NCBI RefSeq assembly: GCF_963676685.1
Contig: NC_092353.1
Coordinates: 69,812,001 to 69,876,000 of the forward strand
Source of the DNA: Mytilus edulis
Taxonomy: Eukaryota
Direction: 5' to 3'
Length of the DNA stretch: 64,000 nt
The notes beneath the pieces were generated by a model, which worked only from the letters and a program-made list of their open reading frames with translations, had not been told where the DNA came from and did no database searches. Numbering within the stretch: position 1 is the stretch's first letter; each line of letters opens with the position of its first letter. The position numbers were made by a program, and so were the translations under genes. Below are positions 51,520 through 64,000 of the stretch, piece by piece.

Positions 51520-52300
51520 AATGTTTTTCCTTAAATCAAATAAAGGATGTACTTAGATGAAATGATGAAAATCAAGAATTTGAAGTTGAAACTATCAGCT
51601 TGAAAAGCGTTAATTAAAGATATAAATAAACTTAAATATTGATAGGTAATCGAGCTCCTTGTCGAGATATTATTTGAATTATAAAATATGGTGAGAAAAA
51701 GCTGACACGGACTTTTATCTTATATTTGCAATGACTGTGTTATTTGGGTCTCAAATCAACAGAAAGAAAATGGGGAATTTTGGTAAAGGCATTTTATGAG
51801 CTAGTATATATTATATGAAAAGATAAAGGGTGTTGTGGGGCAAAACATATAACCTTGTATTTTAGGAGAAAATAAGGCCAGCCCCTAAACTACTGCATGC
51901 TCGTGATTCTTTGTCTGGCTTGGGAATGCATTTCGTCCTCGTACTAAAATGTCAGCTATCCGTTAGTGCTTTAAGATTTTGCATTTAAATTTTTTTGGGG
52001 CCTCGATCATCATTGTAAAGACATTGATTATCAAAATGCTCATTTACTACAATAAAATTGTACCCTTAATGTCATTAATCCCTTTGTTAAAAAGCCCCGT
52101 TTTAAATGATGAATTACTGAATGAAAATAATCTTTATCACTTAATGATTTTCTGCTATTAGGACGTAAAATTTTTGAAAAATTAATCAAAAGAGAACTCG
52201 TTTTGGTTACTTAAAATAAATTAATGCGATGTGGGTAACTCAATAAGTTAATCCAATTTGTAATTTTTGTTTGATTACAGAGATCAACTTCACCAAAACA

Positions 52301-55300
52301 ATGGGCAAAATAACGATCATTTTGATAAATGCTTTACTCCTGTCTGTTGTTACGGCTTACATGAACATGGTAGGTTTCTTTTTTTGTCAAATATTATGCA
52401 TATATTCGATTGAACATACTTGTACTGTTGCGTTTTCGTGTCTTCTGTGTTGACTTGAGTTTATAATGATAAATTAACTGTTAACAAACTTTTATGTTTT
52501 TTAATACTTAGGCTTTTCTACCTCAGGAATAGATTACCTTAGATGTATTTGGCAAAACTTTTAGGAATTTTTGGTCCTCAATGCTCTTCAACTTCGTACT
52601 GTTTTTGACTTTTAACATTTTTTTATTCGAGCATCACTGATAGTCTTTTGTAGACGTAACGCACGTCTGGCGAGAATATAAAATGTCATTCCTGGTATCT
52701 ATGATGACTTTATTAGACTCTTCTCTACGATTCTGATGTCATATCAATGAAATACTACAATCTATATATGTATATATATTCAACTTTGTTCCTCTATTGT
52801 CAAGTCCGATGTTTGGTTAGAAGTGACAAAAAAGACAACAAAACATTCCCGCTAAATCTCATTAGCACGTGTTATTGAATACATGCGCATGTAAGTTGTA
52901 CGCGTACTAATAGTATTTAAAAGTACTGTTAGTACAATAATTTCCCACTATAATATCGGACAGTGTGAAATTATATTCATACAAAGTGTGTAAAGAAAAG
53001 GTCTAATATATGTTATTATTTTACCACATGACGGCGGAGTCATTTTTAGTTTACTACTCTTGAAATAACTGATTTAGATAATTTTACGTAATTTTCACTA
53101 ACTACTATCAACAACACAAATAAAAAATTCTGTATTCCACTCCGATAAAAAAACAAAACAAAAAATGTAATGACAGGTGCACAGTGGTATATCGTTTGAG
53201 GTTTTCTGTAAGAGATTAATTAAAATCCAATAAATTACCTAGAAAGGATTACAGATAAAAGATATATCTTCTAATATGTCGGATATCATTTTTTCTACAA
53301 CATAACTTAACAAATCATTCATATATTAAATGAAATAGGAATCTATTAGAGTAGTAAATCGGAGGTGATCCACTTTTATCTTATTGAAAAACTTAATGGC
53401 TATCCGGTTTTTAGACATTGAACATACCTAACTTTGAAATAGAAGTCAAAGGGAATTGATAAAATATTTAAGTTACCGGTCCTTTGGCTATCATGCAAAA
53501 CAAATACAAATTCGTAGACAAATTTTCGAAAACATTTACGACTTACTGACCTTCCGCCTAGCAAAGAATTAAAAGCATGACAAAAATTTAACGTATGTAT
53601 TTTAATATTTATTTGCGATTTAATGAAACTAATTTTATTTCAATAAAAAGTGAAATAATTTTTGTTTTAAAAATATAAATAAAGGCAACAGTAGTATACC
53701 GCTGTTCGGAACTCATAAATCGATAGAAAATAACAAATCCGGGTTATAAACTAAAACTGAGGGAAACGCATTAAATATAAGAGGAGAACAACGACACAAC
53801 ATTAAAATGTAACACACACGGAAACGAACGAAGCATTAGACAAAATCCGATGAGAATAACAAAATACATGAATTTTGGAAAGAAACGTACCGTGACACGT
53901 CTTATAGTGATGTGAATTCACTCTCAAATATAAGAAGAAACATACGACACAACTGAAACACAACGTTAAATGTAACACACACAGAAACGAACTATAATAT
54001 AACAATGGCCATATTCCTGACTTGGTACAAGACATTTTTAAGGAAAAAAATGTTAGGTTTGAACCTGGTTTTGTGGAATGCCAAACCTCCGGCTGTAATG
54101 GCAATGTTAAATATAACATTAAAATGACAACATAACATTACAGGACAACAATACAAATAAATAGGAGAACATATTGGACAAAGAAACACACGAATAGTAG
54201 TTAACAAAAGGCACCAAGAGATTGTAAGAGATAGGATCGTAATGCATTTGTGTATCTTTTCTTAGCATTTGGAATTATTTGATATCTCAAATCTATATCA
54301 AATATGTTGGGTTTTTTTTTTTTGTAAATTAAAGGGAAATTCCTGACAAAAAATTAGTTGTAGTAGTTTTTTTTTTTTTTTATTGATTATAATTTTACTT
54401 AATTAAGTGCTAAATCAAAATGTGCTACTCAACTAATATTTTTTTTCTCTATGATATACCCTTTTGGTCTCGTCAACTTGACTTGTTTTATGTTTCATTA
54501 CATAGTCTTACGTATAAGTTATGTTTATAAATAAAATAATATTTTTATATCTTTTTTAATTGGTAGAGCTTCCTACGTGTTTCTCGTTTCTCGTTTTTAT
54601 ATAGATTAGTCCGTTGGTCTTCCCGTTTGAATGGTTTTATATTACTAATTTCTTGGGGTCGTGTATAGCTTGATGTTCGATGTGAGACAAGGCTCCTTGT
54701 AGAAGGCCGTTCCTAGACCTATAATGGTTTACCTTTATAAATTGTTATTTGTGTGGGGAGTTGTCTCATTGGCACTCTTACCACATCTTCCTATATCTAT
54801 CTACTGATTATTTTTATTTTAGAAATTTGGTTATAAAATAATTGAAGGGAAAGCAAGATATTTTGAAAACATTGAGACGAATCTGGAAAAGAATATAGTG
54901 AAAATTCACACTCCACCACATAACAATGTTATGGAGTCGTACCAAATTCAAGACTTTCTACAGGTTTGTAACGAAATGTTTCTCACAACTCTTGCATAAT
55001 TACACTTATACGTATCAGGTAATTCTGACGCAGGAGTTTTGCTACATGTATTCGGTGTAATGATTAGATAATCATTTATCCAAACCATTGTCAAAATTCT
55101 TTTAACAACATCTTTGTAGAATTCCATTGTTAGATATTTCATGTATTCTTCATAAAAATAGTGCAAAAATGTGGAGTGGACAATTTAGAATCATAGGTCG
55201 AGGGATTGATGTCTGTTTAAAGTCTGGTTTCAAATTAAAAGTGTAATCAGGACGAGATGATGATATTGAGATATGAATATGAACCTGGTTTACACAACTC

Positions 55301-58300
55301 GGAGAACACAAGGTTTGTTACAAGTCGACATGATGAAATGTAACCCTAACTTAATTCTGACTACACGCCAAGCCAAGTAGTCTTTACGCCTCATGCCTAG
55401 CGGAAAAGCAGCAAATATCAATATTACAGTTTATAAAATTGAGAAAGGAAATGGTGAATATGTCAAAGCGACAACCACCCGACCATAGAGCAAACAACAG
55501 TTTGACCTGTGGGTGTTCGAAAACACGCCCTCTCGCACTCGACGAAGAAGATATGCAAGCAAAACACCACTGCGCAGGTTACACGAAGTAGATGAAACAC
55601 TGGAAATATCACAACTGTAAAGATATATCACAACTTCAAAGACAAAGCGAACAAGGGTCAACAAAGCACGCATAGAAATCTATTTTTTACATAATAAAAT
55701 GCCTGCACGAAGGCAGAAATATCACAGTTGGTATCCAATCGTTTGATGTGTTTGAGATTTGAATTTTGCCATTCGCTGACGGACTTTCAGTTAACATTTT
55801 TTCCCGGAGATTCCCTTTTTCCTATTAGTTTTTTTAACAACACAAACCCATCAAAACCGAGTATGGTTCCCATAGAACACGTCTTACTCTCGACGGAGTA
55901 CTTACTCAAATACTAAGTGGTTCTTTTGAAATGGAAGTTTTTCGTTTCAGGGTAAGCAGCTGAAATGTCTTCCTTCCATAAATCAGTGTAGACTGAGAGA
56001 TATAGATATGAAAAATGCAGCAGATGCTGGCCAGACTACAGAGGCGTTTATTCAAAGCTGGGTACTATAAAATATGAAGATATATAATCATAACTTGTAT
56101 TATATTTATTAATTACATTGAGCAGGCAGTATAAAACCGTAGATGTTAACTTTTTCAATAGTGTGACATGTCTCTCATGTCCCTTATATGCATATTACAT
56201 CAAAAGATATCTTCCAAGAAATGAATTGTATTGTTTTAAGTCGTCGGTAACATTACTTGAATTCCATCAACCCGATATAGTAAATTATAGTAATAATATG
56301 TAAAGAATATTACCATAAAAGTAAAATACCTGGACGTAAAAGATGTCTGCATGTTGATTGATATTTACGAATAACGTTTTTGTATCGATGATAAATTAAG
56401 TAAATGTTTTGACTAGTTTGTGATATCGAAAACCCTTGTGTAATCATTTTTCAGTAATACAGAGAACTATTTCGTTCAAACCAAATACCTTGTTACATAC
56501 ACGAGCTAACCGAACACATACATTATTAAATTATAGTCATACTCCATATTAAAAAAAATGAAAATAGCGATGTTTTTATTATAACTAACTACTAGTATAA
56601 CAATATATATACCATTTGTGAGTGCGTTTTAAAATGTGTTGAAGAATATATTTTTTATCACCCCTAAATAGAACAAAGGTGATAATACCATCACTAATGA
56701 AAACTCTGAAGTTGTCACAGAATTGTACTATGCAAATTTTGATCAAGTTCTTGATGACAGTTCCCTCAGCGAATCGTTGAAAGAGTTTTATCAGGAGTTC
56801 AAATATCCTCTGTACACAGAAAGGAAGGTACCACATGATGCAGAAGTATATAATATGACACATGTTACAGGTGAATACTAAAATTAAACTTTTACGAAAA
56901 ATCAAATGTTACACTGCGCGTATGAACAGTGGGTTAAAAACTTCTGAGAATATCACTAACCTTTATTAGTGTTTATGGCTAGTTTGATATTTACAAATAG
57001 GCTTCAAATGATAGATCACTAGAATGACCATATCATTGTATATTTTAATGCACTTTGGATGAAAATCGAAATGAAAATAGAAAATGACTTGAAAATATAT
57101 TTCAATGGTAAAAACAGAGATCAGATATTATACAAAATTATCTATTTGTTAAATTGGTGTTTCAGAAAACATTTAATATAATTATTTGACTACTGCATGA
57201 ATGTGTTTTTATCTGTTTTTATGCCCTATTTATGAGCATTATGTTTTCCGGTCAGTGCTTCCGTTAGTCTGTCCGTCCGTTCATTCGTCCGTGCGTCCGT
57301 TCGTCCGTACGTCTGTCCCGCTTCAGGTTAAAGTGTTTGGTCAAAATAGTTTTAATGAAGTTGCAGTCCAATCAACTTAAAACTTCGTACACAATGTGCC
57401 CTATGATGTGATCTGTCTAATTTTATGACAAATTAGAGTTTTTTACCCCATTTTCACGGTCCACTGAACATAGAAAATGAAAGTGCAGATGAGACATCCG
57501 TGTACTAGGTACTCATTCTTGTTTAAATCTAATATCATATATTGAAGCCTTATGTAAATATAGCTGTTTTACAAACCACGCCTCTTTTGGGGAGATATTT
57601 AATATTCAGCGAATTATTGTTTGTTAACATAGCTGATTCCCAGATATGATCTCTTTTCTCATCTCATAAAGACATGGTTTGGGAATGTTACCAGTATTGG
57701 TTCACACTCATAGCGGTGACATTGAATTCTGCGGACCACTTTAAGTGAAAGGGGGAAAAGGGGTAGGGGGTAGAATAACATTGAGCTCTTAGAAACTCGT
57801 CCATTTTGAAGTGTTGATAATATGCTGCAAGCCCTATGGTTTCACCTTTGAATTAAGTAGTAGTCAATATCAAACCTTCCTTCTACAATATAATTTTTAC
57901 AAAACTTCATAGTAAAATTAGCACAGTTTTATCCGTAAAGAAAGTTCCAAATGGAAAATTGAATTAGTTATATATTACAGTATTGCAACCTACAAGATAA
58001 TCAGCGAATCTGTACTGACAGTTATCTCATTTTAACGAGGATTCAAATTCATTACCTGGATACATCTCTTGCAAATTAGTGGAAAATTATTGTTATATAA
58101 GATTTCACGTTGATTTGGATATAATATGTGCATTTATTTATATGTTTAAAACACATTGTACAATTATCGTCTGTAATAGGTATCTATATGGTGTAAAAAA
58201 AAAAGCCCAAATCAAGATAGAAAATTATTTAAACTGACTTTTATTACTTTTGCAGGTGGTCGTGTTAAAAGGAGACTTACTACTTTAAGTTTGGACTGCA

Positions 58301-60266
58301 ATGGCAAAGATACGAAAGTTCTTTATGGTATTAATTCATCATCTTCTTGCACACGTCTTAAATTGTGTAAAAAGTAAGTTACACATGACAATACTTTGGC
58401 AATTATCACATTTGTACTTTAGCCGTATTTGGCACAACTTTTTGGAATTTTGGATCTTCAATGCCTTACAACCTTGTACACGTTTGGCTTTATAAATATT
58501 TTGACATGAGCGTCACTAATGAGTCTAATGTAGACGAAACGCGCGTCTGGCGTACTAAATTATAATCCTGGTACCTTTAATAACTATTTTAGTCCTTATA
58601 TGTTGACTTATTATTGGAGACGTTTTCGAATTATCTTTAACACTTTGAACATCTAGTATGAAACACCATTTGACATTATTAAATTCAACATATTTTAGAC
58701 CCGAATACCACAAAAACTTATAATTGCATTGACGTTGCGCACGGTATTGGTGTCTCTTTGGAAAAAATGTGATAGATAGCTGGTTATTCCGATTCAAGCT
58801 CTTTTCCTTTACAATAAATATCCATGTTATGCATATCATTCGAAAGGAATAAACAACAGAAATCAATAATATAGATTAATTTGTGCTTTGTATATCTTGT
58901 AATGAAAAACTTTGCTCATTTCGATGCCTATAACGTCATTTAAAGGGTGTCCCGCTGTTACAATTTTGTCTTGTGCGTGTCTTTGAAATCACAATGCGAA
59001 TTAAATAGTTAATGGAACGCTATATAATTTTACAAGTGTATTAAATACCTGTAACATAAAATGGTGTTAAAGACTTTCTTTGGAACAACGTCAAAATCAT
59101 TGTTTTATTTGGAACGTCGTGTAACGCTGAGTGGCCCTGATATCGTGCATAACGTCATTACATTCTAACACTAAATTAATTTTTGTTAGTACTTATAGAA
59201 ATATTACACTTTCTGTTTTCTGTTAAAAGATTTAAAACCTCAGCACATACTCATGATACTTGTTGTTTTCTTTTGTTGTTTTTCGTTTGGTATTTACTTG
59301 ACTTAAGGATTATGTACCCTTGTGTTGATTCAATGCTAAACATATGGAAATTTTATAGAAAATCCACAGACTTTGTCCTTGTACTCTCATATTTGACAAT
59401 TTGGTGACTGATAGATATAGGATTATTGCATGCAATGCAAGCAATGATTTCCTTAAAACAAGTTTTTTAATGTAGTTATTGGTTAAAACAAATGTAAAAA
59501 TAGACCAAATAGAGTACACCTTTTAGGGTGCACTCGACTTCAGTGACTCAGCACGAGGAGTTTTGGAATTTACAGGTTGCTTAGAACTTTTTGTAAAAAT
59601 TAAAACGCAAGCACATCATAGAAAAGCAAGTGAGTAATCTATGTTTCAAATTTTATAACAAAAATCTCTTTATTAAAGGCTGTTGATTTTCTATAAAAAA
59701 ATCTCGTGGCTTATTTGCCACAAGGTACTCTTTTTCTATTAAATGCAATAAAACAGTAAATGATAATGCTTTGCATCAAGTTTCCCCTTGGAATGTGTAC
59801 AAAATGGCCTATCTCTTTTATTCATTATATCTGTAGTTTTGATACTATTGAAGTTTGAAAAGTTCGTACAAAAATGGCTACAGAAGGGGTCATAAACCCT
59901 AAATTTATAAAGATTGAATTACTATCCCGTGTGTCTATTTCAACTTGTTCTGAAAACTTAGTACTAATTACGAACCTCCGAATTTCTTAACAAAACATTC
60001 TCTAGGAATCAGAAATTATGTGTTTAACGGTAGATTTGTTCATTGTTCTCGTGAAATTCTACGATAATTTTTGACCGCTGAGCTCACTGTTACCATGTTT
60101 TATGATATCATTTGAGAAGTGAAACATTTGTTATTTCAGAGTAGGAGTATATTTGGTGAATTGTGGCAATAGACATTTAACTGCACCAGGGGTTTATCAA
60201 TGCGTATGTTGTAGTTGGGTAACTAACATCAATTCGAAATACTGTCGTTGTGCTGAGATAGTGTAA
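52301..60266 (+). CDS. Secreted precursor: signal peptide + BRICHOS-like prodomain + furin site + Cys-rich cationic peptide (254 aa, 6 coding exons)
   Basis: Exons 52301-52369, 54823-54963, 55951-56061, 56672-56870, 58256-58373, 60140-60266, all GT-AG and phase-compatible (0,0,0,1,2). Translation: MGKITIILINALLLSVVTAYMNM-KFGYKIIEGKARYFENIETNLEKNIVKIHTPPHNNVMESYQIQDFLQ-GKQLKCLPSINQCRLRDIDMKNAADAGQTTEAFIQSW-NKGDNTITNENSEVVTELYYANFDQVLDDSSLSESLKEFYQEFKYPLYTERKVPHDAEVYNMTHVTG-GRVKRRLTTLSLDCNGKDTKVLYGINSSSSCTRLKLCKK-VGVYLVNCGNRHLTAPGVYQCVCCSWVTNINSKYCRCAEIV*. Five exons have homologues with matching boundaries in the minus-strand paralogue. The BRICHOS assignment is by eye. Confidence 0.88.
52443..52714 (+). 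mobile_element. Retrozyme family 1 fragment in the intron after coding exon 1 of the BRICHOS-like gene
   Basis: Unit homology. Core mutated (ctgatag..., gtaa instead of gaaa). Confidence 0.8.
53678..54217 (+). repeat. Interspersed repeat 'ataaaggcaacagtagtataccgctgttcg...'
   Basis: The same terminus occurs at ~22983 and ~35134. Confidence 0.7.
55350..55430 (-). mobile_element. Fragment resembling the Meta/RUDI SINE conserved domain
   Basis: Minus strand gatatttgctgcttttccgctaggcatg...aaagact..ttggct resembles the Meta-SINE core as I recall it. Confidence 0.5.
57215..57524 (+). mobile_element. HINE/pearl-like element, same family as 62775-63246, in an intron
   Basis: TTTTTATGCCC...GAGCAT, (GTCC/GTTC)n, one core repeat, same 3' end (catccgtgtact...cattcttgttt). 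Confidence 0.78.
58415..58590 (+). mobile_element. Retrozyme family 1 fragment in the last intron of the BRICHOS-like gene
   Basis: Hammerhead at ~58511-58552 with a single core change (CTAATGA). Confidence 0.82.
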
Positions 60267-60996
60267 AGTGATAGATTAATAAAGGAACGAATTGTGGATC
60301 ACCTGAAATAACAGGAAAAAAAGCAAAATATTTTTAATCTGAATAAAATACCTATGCAACTTATGTTTTTTTTCTTTCTGATCATTCATTAACATAGATA
60401 TTTTGTAACAACTTTAATCTCCTAGTCTACGAAAATGAAATTCAATATAAAAATAAAATAGCGGTATCTTATATAGGAATTCATGGCGGTATCCTATATT
60501 TGAATCTATAGCGGTATCTAATACAGAAATGTAGTTGACTTCAATTATATATATGTCAATGTAAGCAATTGTAGGTAACCATACGTCATTAAACAATGAC
60601 AAAACCCCAAGCCATATAGTTGGCTTTAAAAAAAATTGACATAAAAAACCTAGTTTACTGTTACAACCCCCCCCCCCCCCCCCTTTATGGTATAACAGTA
60701 CAGCATAAGAACAACCTATATACTTAAGTTGAAAAGAGCGTATCTAATTTGATCGGACAAAAAAACAGACCAGAAATGGCAGCATAAATATACATCTTGT
60801 GATGAAAATAAACTGATCTGATGAGGTCTAATGAAGATGCTTTTATTGTGCTGCTAGTGGTACCCGTTTATGATTTCAATATAAAAAAAAAGGATCAGGC
60901 GTAGAAGATATTGTGTATAGTCACATGATTTATGTGTCTATTGGTAGATAGCATACATAAAAATTCATATTAATCGAAGACTCTTATAGATCGTTT

Positions 60997-61142
60997 TGTT
61001 AGGAACATGTTGAGCCATGCAATCTAGTATTGGACCATCAATACCATAACTTTCGAGTTTGGCTATTAGCCCTTTGTGCGGGACCGGTTCGAAGGCTTTA
61101 GAGCAATCTAGTATTGTATATCTGTCTGCAGGCCTTTGTCAT
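60997..61142 (-). mobile_element. CR1/L2-group LINE RT fragment
   Basis: ILDCSKAFEPVPHKGLIAKLESYGIDGPIL matches the LDFSKAFDxVPH...KL..YGI.G motif. Confidence 0.75.
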
Positions 61143-62324
61143 GAAGTTTATGTTAGATGAATGCGGATCCCAATAGATCAAGGAATTGTTGCATGTACAG
61201 TCGGTATTGCCAATGTTATTTCAACTGATCGGGCGGAGCTAACATTAACGTTTTAATTTGCATAAGGACAGTCTATTTGAAGATGTCCGGTTTCATAAGA
61301 ATAATGACCGTTATAATTATAATTGATTTCTAATTACTATCAGTGTCACCAAACGTATATACAAATGAACTGGGTGAATGATATGGGACGAATAACTGGA
61401 CTCTTCATTCATGAGTTTATCCTTTCGACCATACCGAAACACTTGTATATAGATTGAGCGGTCTTAAATAAGCGAACCGGTTAAACCCCGCCCAGTCAAG
61501 TGAAATAAATCAAGTAATACCTGGCCAAAAGTATTCGTCACCTGCATTTTTTTGCTATATATTTCATATAAAAACACACTTTTTCAAAATAATATTTTGA
61601 ATGCATTTATTGTTGGATTTTTACCAAAAAGGCTTTAAAAGACGTAGAATTGTCTATAGCATGTTTTTTTTTTAATTTGGTCATAGTTTTGTCGTCAGGT
61701 GTTTTTGTTTTCTCTCGATGTGAACTTGAACACATACATTAAAATTTCAAGTAGTCTCATATTTGATTGAATATATATGGCGAATTTCTGAATAGAAAAT
61801 TATATTTGTGTTTATTTTGTGAAAATTATCCACAATAAAAATCGAACCAAATAAACAATTAAACATAGGCGGATCCAGGGGGGTCTTGCTAAACGGCGGA
61901 AACGGAAACGCAACGGAAAACGCAACGGAATACGGAACGGAAACAGAAAGAATCAACATCTTTTCTTTTTGGTTATTTTATCTACATAGGCATGTTTTAT
62001 ATAGTATTACTTATGTTAACAAGAAAAACAAACCAAACCAAACAACACAAAAAAATCTTAATATAGGCCTACAAAAGATTCACATCGGCCTCGATTCTAT
62101 AAATAGAATGTGAAGTAATAAACTTTTGTGGAAATCCTTTGCATCATTTTTTTTTAATTGCCTTGAATCAAGATTAGTGTTGTAATGTATCTTGTTGCTT
62201 TTTTCTGCATTGGTGAGTTTCGTTGTATCTTTTCTTGTATAATGGAAAGAAAACGTAAAAGAGACCTAATAGGACAATGGTGTATTGACAAAATCCGATA
62301 TGGAAAACCAGGTTACTAGACTAT

Positions 62325-62752
62325 TTCAAGATTCAAGATTTTATTGTAAAGCAACGCTCAGACACATATATGTGTAACACGAGGTACATATATATAATGA
62401 TAAACATGATTTATAATACAAAGGTAACATTAGAAAAAATAAAATAAAAAAAAAAACAATAAAATAAAATAAAAAAAAATAAGACAAAAAAGAAATAATT
62501 CATACAAATTACTATACACATCACAATAAGTTATTCAGCTTTCTGATTAAAGATGCCACCTGTCTATATAAATTAACATTGCAGTAAGATAACATTACAG
62601 ATAATTTCTGCTTACTTGGATGCTTCGTATAATAACTAGGGATATGTTGTTCTCTAAAAAATAACCAGTTGAGGAGACTTGCATATAAAAAGATAGTGAA
62701 ATTCGTCTCCTACACTTTCTTTACATATGTGACATTTTCGGTCATAGAAACT
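62325..62752 (-). mobile_element. 3' end of a CR1/L2-group LINE
   Basis: Minus strand RKCHICK..VGDEFHYLFIC...REQHIPSYYTKHPS, then AATAAA and a (TCTTGAA)2 tail. Confidence 0.75.
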
Positions 62753-62774
62753 TGTATATACTTTATTTTATGTA

Positions 62775-63246
62775 AAACAAGAATGTGTCCAAAGTACACG
62801 GATGCCCCACTCGCACTAACCTTTTCCATGTTCCATGGACCGTGAAATTGGGTAATTATCTAATTTGGCATTAAAATTAGAAAGATCATATCATAAGCAA
62901 CAAGTGTACTAAGTTTCAAGTTGATTGGACTTCAGCTTCATCAAAAACTACCTTGACCAAAAACTTTAACCTGAAACTCCCACTTTCATTTTCTATGTTC
63001 AGTGGACCGTGAAATTGGGGTCAAAAGTCTAATTTGGCTTAAAAATTAGAAAGATCATCTCATAAGCAACAAGTGTACTAAGTTTCAAGTTGATTGGACT
63101 TCAGCTTCATCAAAAACTACCTTGACCAATAACTTTAACCTGGACGGACGAACGGAACCACAGACGGACGGACGGACGGACGGACGAACGGAGCCACAGA
63201 CCAGAAAACATAATGCCCCTCTACTATCGTAGGTGGGGCATAAAAA
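62775..63246 (-). mobile_element. HINE/pearl-like element with two 167-bp core repeats
   Basis: Minus strand TTTTTATGCCCC...GGGGCAT, (GTCC)n, core repeats (ggaccgtgaaattggg at 62837 and 63004), 3' GGGGCATCC-GTGT..ACAC hairpin then T-run. Confidence 0.82.
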
Positions 63247-64000
63247 TGACAAAATCTCTCACTATACAAAGCCTTTCTCACCCTTTTACCATACTCAAGG
63301 ATTTGTATAGTAAATTCTTGCAATACTGAAGTATGCTGTTTGGTATTTACATAGGAAAAGCATTATATCTCCTAGAATTTAAATCAATAAATACGAATTG
63401 ATGTGCAAAAAATGGCGAACAATTAGTAGCCTAGTACATGGATATATATACGATTTGCACAGTGCCCGCCCCAAATTAGTCGTAGTCATGTCCTAAGTTT
63501 TTCAAAATCAACGCTGCTTCAAATATCATGTCGCTTAGTTCTTCTCTGAAAATTCAATTCCTCTTAATTTTGCATAGTCTGCTATGAAAGGACCCGAAAT
63601 GACAATGTAAAACAATTCAAACGAGAAGTCTAATTTTATGTATTGAATCCATATTCTAATTTTGTTCTAGCACATATATTCTTAAGTTATTATGTCTTTC
63701 CATTTTGGATGTAACGGTTATATTGTAATGTTATTGAATATATGTCTTTTAGGAAGTCGCCTTATATTTTTGGTTAAACTTTGCAACGATTACCATTGGT
63801 GTATCTAATTTAAAAACTGTGTTAGACAAGTCAACCCTGTCAGCCAAGTTAAATTAAAACATAGAGATAAAATGCAAGTGCTGTCTATTAAGAAACGCTA
63901 TGAATAACGAAAACCTTATGTGAAAAACATGTCTTATCTGACATCGGACTCGGACTTCTTTTAAAATGAGTTTTACTGTGTGTATGGTTCATATGTGTTT

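Noticed and set aside
61518-61950. Tc1-like terminus at ~61518 and GGCGGATCCAGGGG plus (AACGGAA)-type repeats at ~61867-61945
   Set aside because: Probable transposon ends, but no partner terminus was found, so elements cannot be delimited.

Overview
This is AT-rich eukaryotic DNA from a bivalve. Its repeat families look like Mytilus (mussel), which is an inference from pattern recognition. I found no rRNA, tRNA or CRISPR array. Protein-coding content: (1) an intronless BTB-BACK-Kelch gene split by one extra T; (2) a duplicated pair of single-exon rhodopsin-class GPCRs, one intact and one with a nonsense codon; (3) a pseudogenised secreted PAN/apple-like exon; (4) a six-coding-exon gene invisible in the ORF track (52301-60266), encoding signal peptide + divergent BRICHOS-like acidic prodomain + RVKRR processing site + 74-aa cationic 9-Cys peptide, with a decayed head-to-head paralogue (39145-45936). 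Item 4 is a candidate undescribed BRICHOS-linked defence/effector peptide family. The repeat fraction is dominated by about 19 type I hammerhead-ribozyme motifs in two covarying families of ~350-375-nt non-LTR retrozymes. They sit beside Penelope-like retroelements of two architectures (N-terminal and C-terminal GIY-YIG). Also present: HINE/Helentron-type elements, several TIR/foldback MITEs, a Tc1 remnant, LINE and SINE fragments and a ~430-bp tandem array.
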